The notes below the pieces were generated by a model. It did no database searches and was not told the DNA's origin. It worked only from the letters and a program-made list of their open reading frames with translations. A program made the translations under genes and the position numbers. This document shows positions 61,583 through 64,000 of a DNA stretch of 64,000 bases, one piece after another (position 1 is the first letter of the stretch; every line of letters begins with the position of its first letter). The stretch lies in contig NC_088854.1 of the NCBI RefSeq assembly GCF_963853765.1, positions 10,354,001 to 10,418,000 on the forward strand. Reading direction: 5' to 3'. Source of the stretch: Magallana gigas. Taxonomy: Eukaryota.

Positions 61583-63689
61583 GGGTACCTGTAAAGTGCG
61601 AAATGAAATAGAAACGAAACGAAATGAAACGAAACAAAATCTACCGAAACTAAACAAAACCTACGAAAACAAAACGAAACGAAATCATTAAAGGTATGTA
61701 ATTATATATATAATGTGTGAGGATTATTCTTTACTTCATATAAAATTAAATAATTCAAGCACTTGTTATATAAAATTTGTCACCTATAAAGGCTCCCTTC
61801 TCTATTCAGGTATTTCATTTATACGTGCATACTGTAAATCAGAAGCAAGCTACAAATATGCTCGTGCATACTATTTATTTTCAAAATACTTATTTCAAAA
61901 TATGCGTAGTAATCTCTTTTATTTTGTCTTACTCTTATTTTTAGCTCTTAATCATCTAAATACAACAAATTTCTCAAAATTGATGTTACATGTAAAAGCT
62001 CGTTTATTTACGGATCGAAATGGTGTTGCTATGCGAAATAAAGTTACTATATACTGTTGTACTGTAAATGTATGTAAACATAATTTGCGAAAAAAAAACC
62101 AAATAACTGTACACATTTGGTTATTCATACATGTTATTATGTTATCAATTAAAAACTGAACTTTATTTATTTTACAACGATTGATAAACAAGTTCTACAA
62201 CTTATATTAATATCTCTCGTTGGCACGAATGTTGGCCTGGATGTTAGCGCAGGGGGGTCATTGTGTGGGAAGAAGCCGGAGTACACGGAGAGAACCCACG
62301 TGTCCAAGCGGGCGACTGCTGTACCCTATCACTTACAACCACTGATCATGGAGATCAAACTTGGGTCGCAGAGGTGAGAAGCGACACCTGATCAATTATA
62401 CAAAGCCCATTTATCATAATTTAGATCATTGTCGAGTCCAGCCTTTTGAGAAGTAGGACACCCTTCCCTTTTCAAGGCATATGTTTTATATATATATTAT
62501 TTATATATAAGGGGGTAAAAAATGCTCCCCCCTCCCCCCACCACTTTTTCTTGCAGCAAGCATTTTTCTTAGATTTACATATTAAAAAGTGAATAAAGAC
62601 GGAGCCATTCTCCATGGGTTTTTTTTTGCTTGCCAAGATTTTTTTTATCAGTCTGCCCCCCCCCCCCCCTCTTTCAAAGGTGTGTTCCCATTTCGCCTTA
62701 ACTGTGAAGTGGTGGTAAAAAAGCAGAATAATAATTAGTTAATAACACAGATAAAAATAATGAGATTGGGAAAATGAAGAAAAATCAATGTAATATGTAA
62801 ACATTAATAACATAAATAACGAAAAATTAAAAAATATTATGAGAAAGTAATTGAAAAAGATTTATTCTAAAATTCAATATTAGAATAAGCCAAAAACTCA
62901 CATGTAGTAAAACTGAATTCACTTCATGAATAGTGCTGCGATATATAAATATTATCATTATTATTTGACGGTACCCGATTGACAGCTTAGAGAGCCCTAA
63001 ACAAAAGTGAGATAATATTTGATTGGCACAGAACTTTTGATCAGCCAATGAAAGTTGTTTATGCATTAAGTAAGTTAGATCATATCAAATAAAATTTACA
63101 CGATTAACTAATTAGGAAGGGGTACCGCGCTCACTTCGCCCCTTCTTAATCAAGTAAAATTTACTTAACTTGTTTGAAAGAAACAATTGAATGCACCTAA
63201 AAAAAGCCTGATCACTTTAAGGCTTTGACTGAAAAAAATTGTCAATATCATTCTTCTTGAAAAATAATGATCTATAACATAGTTTGGTGTTGGACCAAAC
63301 GCAGACCAGGAATCACCAGTAAAATCCAATTTTGTTTATACAAGTATACATACCAATGGATTATATTAACAAGAACCCGAAACTGATAATTTAAGTTAAA
63401 TATGAAGGCACAGTCTAAAGTGCTGTTTTGAACTATAATGAGCAATATCTATTTAAAAGGGTAATCCATTATATTTACAAATGCACACAATTAGTTTTTT
63501 TTCCCTCGCTGCGATTCTTAAGACTTAGAGACTTGTCGCTTCTAAAATATACATTATTTATATATATTTCGATATCATTTAGCTCGATTTTATTTTGTTA
63601 TATTTCATTTCGGTAGACTTCGTTTCGTTTTGGTATATTTTGTTTCGTTTCATTTCGTTTCTATTTCGTTTCGCACTTTTCAAGTACCT
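61583..63689. mobile_element. 2.1-kb Foldback/MULE-type element with (GAAAC/GAAAT)n-rich TIRs
   Basis: Inverted arms ggtac(c/t)tg(t/a)aaagtgcgaaa...gaaacgaaa at both ends; 9-10 bp TSD (T)GTACATTTT at 61573-61582 and 63689-63698. Confidence 0.8.
62220..62390 (-). mobile_element. tRNA-derived SINE with V-domain-like core; second copy ~4335-4450
   Basis: Minus strand gtgggttctctccgtgtactccggcttcttcccac resembles the V-SINE core; B-box-like caagtttgatctcc. Confidence 0.55.
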
Positions 63690-64000
63690 GTACATTTTAG
63701 GGATTACAATATGAGGAAATTAAATGCCAATGAAATTGTATTTGGTTTAAAAACAACGAAATTTAACCCAACAAAAATATGTACTTCTACAGTAATTGCT
63801 TAAATAAATAATGTGAACAAATTTCTCCTTGATTCATTTTTCATTGTATTGATTTCATCCTTACAGTAGTGCATTGGTTAATACAAATCCAAGGCCATGG
63901 ATAGGAGTAAGTCAATAAGTCATGGTCCAAATTACAATAGATTCCTTATTAATCACAAGGAGTTAACATTCGTGATAAATCGCAAGAAGCATCTCTTGCC

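Noticed and set aside
61595-61690. GAAAC repeats reminiscent of CRISPR repeat ends
   Set aside because: Pentamer microsatellite without unique spacers, mirrored at 63600-63680 as transposon arms; eukaryotic context.

Overview
AT-rich animal genomic DNA. The repeat repertoire (Helentron/HINE elements, TTAA MITEs, a ~150-170 bp satellite-like unit) suggests an oyster-like bivalve; this is inference. The main gene is a multi-exon TRPC-family (trp-gamma-like) cation channel on the minus strand. Ten confidently phased coding exons (50776 down to 29467) join into one open frame of 2940 nt. Candidate extras are an 18-nt microexon, an 81-nt cassette exon, an alternative read-through C-terminus and a short upstream ATG exon. 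A small plus-strand gene (19037-19565) appears to encode signal peptide + two EF-hands + furin site + Cys-paired beta-hairpin-like peptide, but its signal-peptide region is frameshifted. The rest is a dense transposon landscape: a TSD-bounded Tx1/L1 LINE with an RTE LINE and a TA-MITE nested inside it, a 2.8-kb Kolobok-type element with apparent divergent promoter/first-exon modules, a 2.5-kb long-TIR IS3EU-type element, a Foldback/MULE-type element, several HINEs, MITEs and SINE fragments. No CRISPR array, rRNA or intact tRNA gene was seen. All splice models and TE family names are by-eye inferences without database searches.
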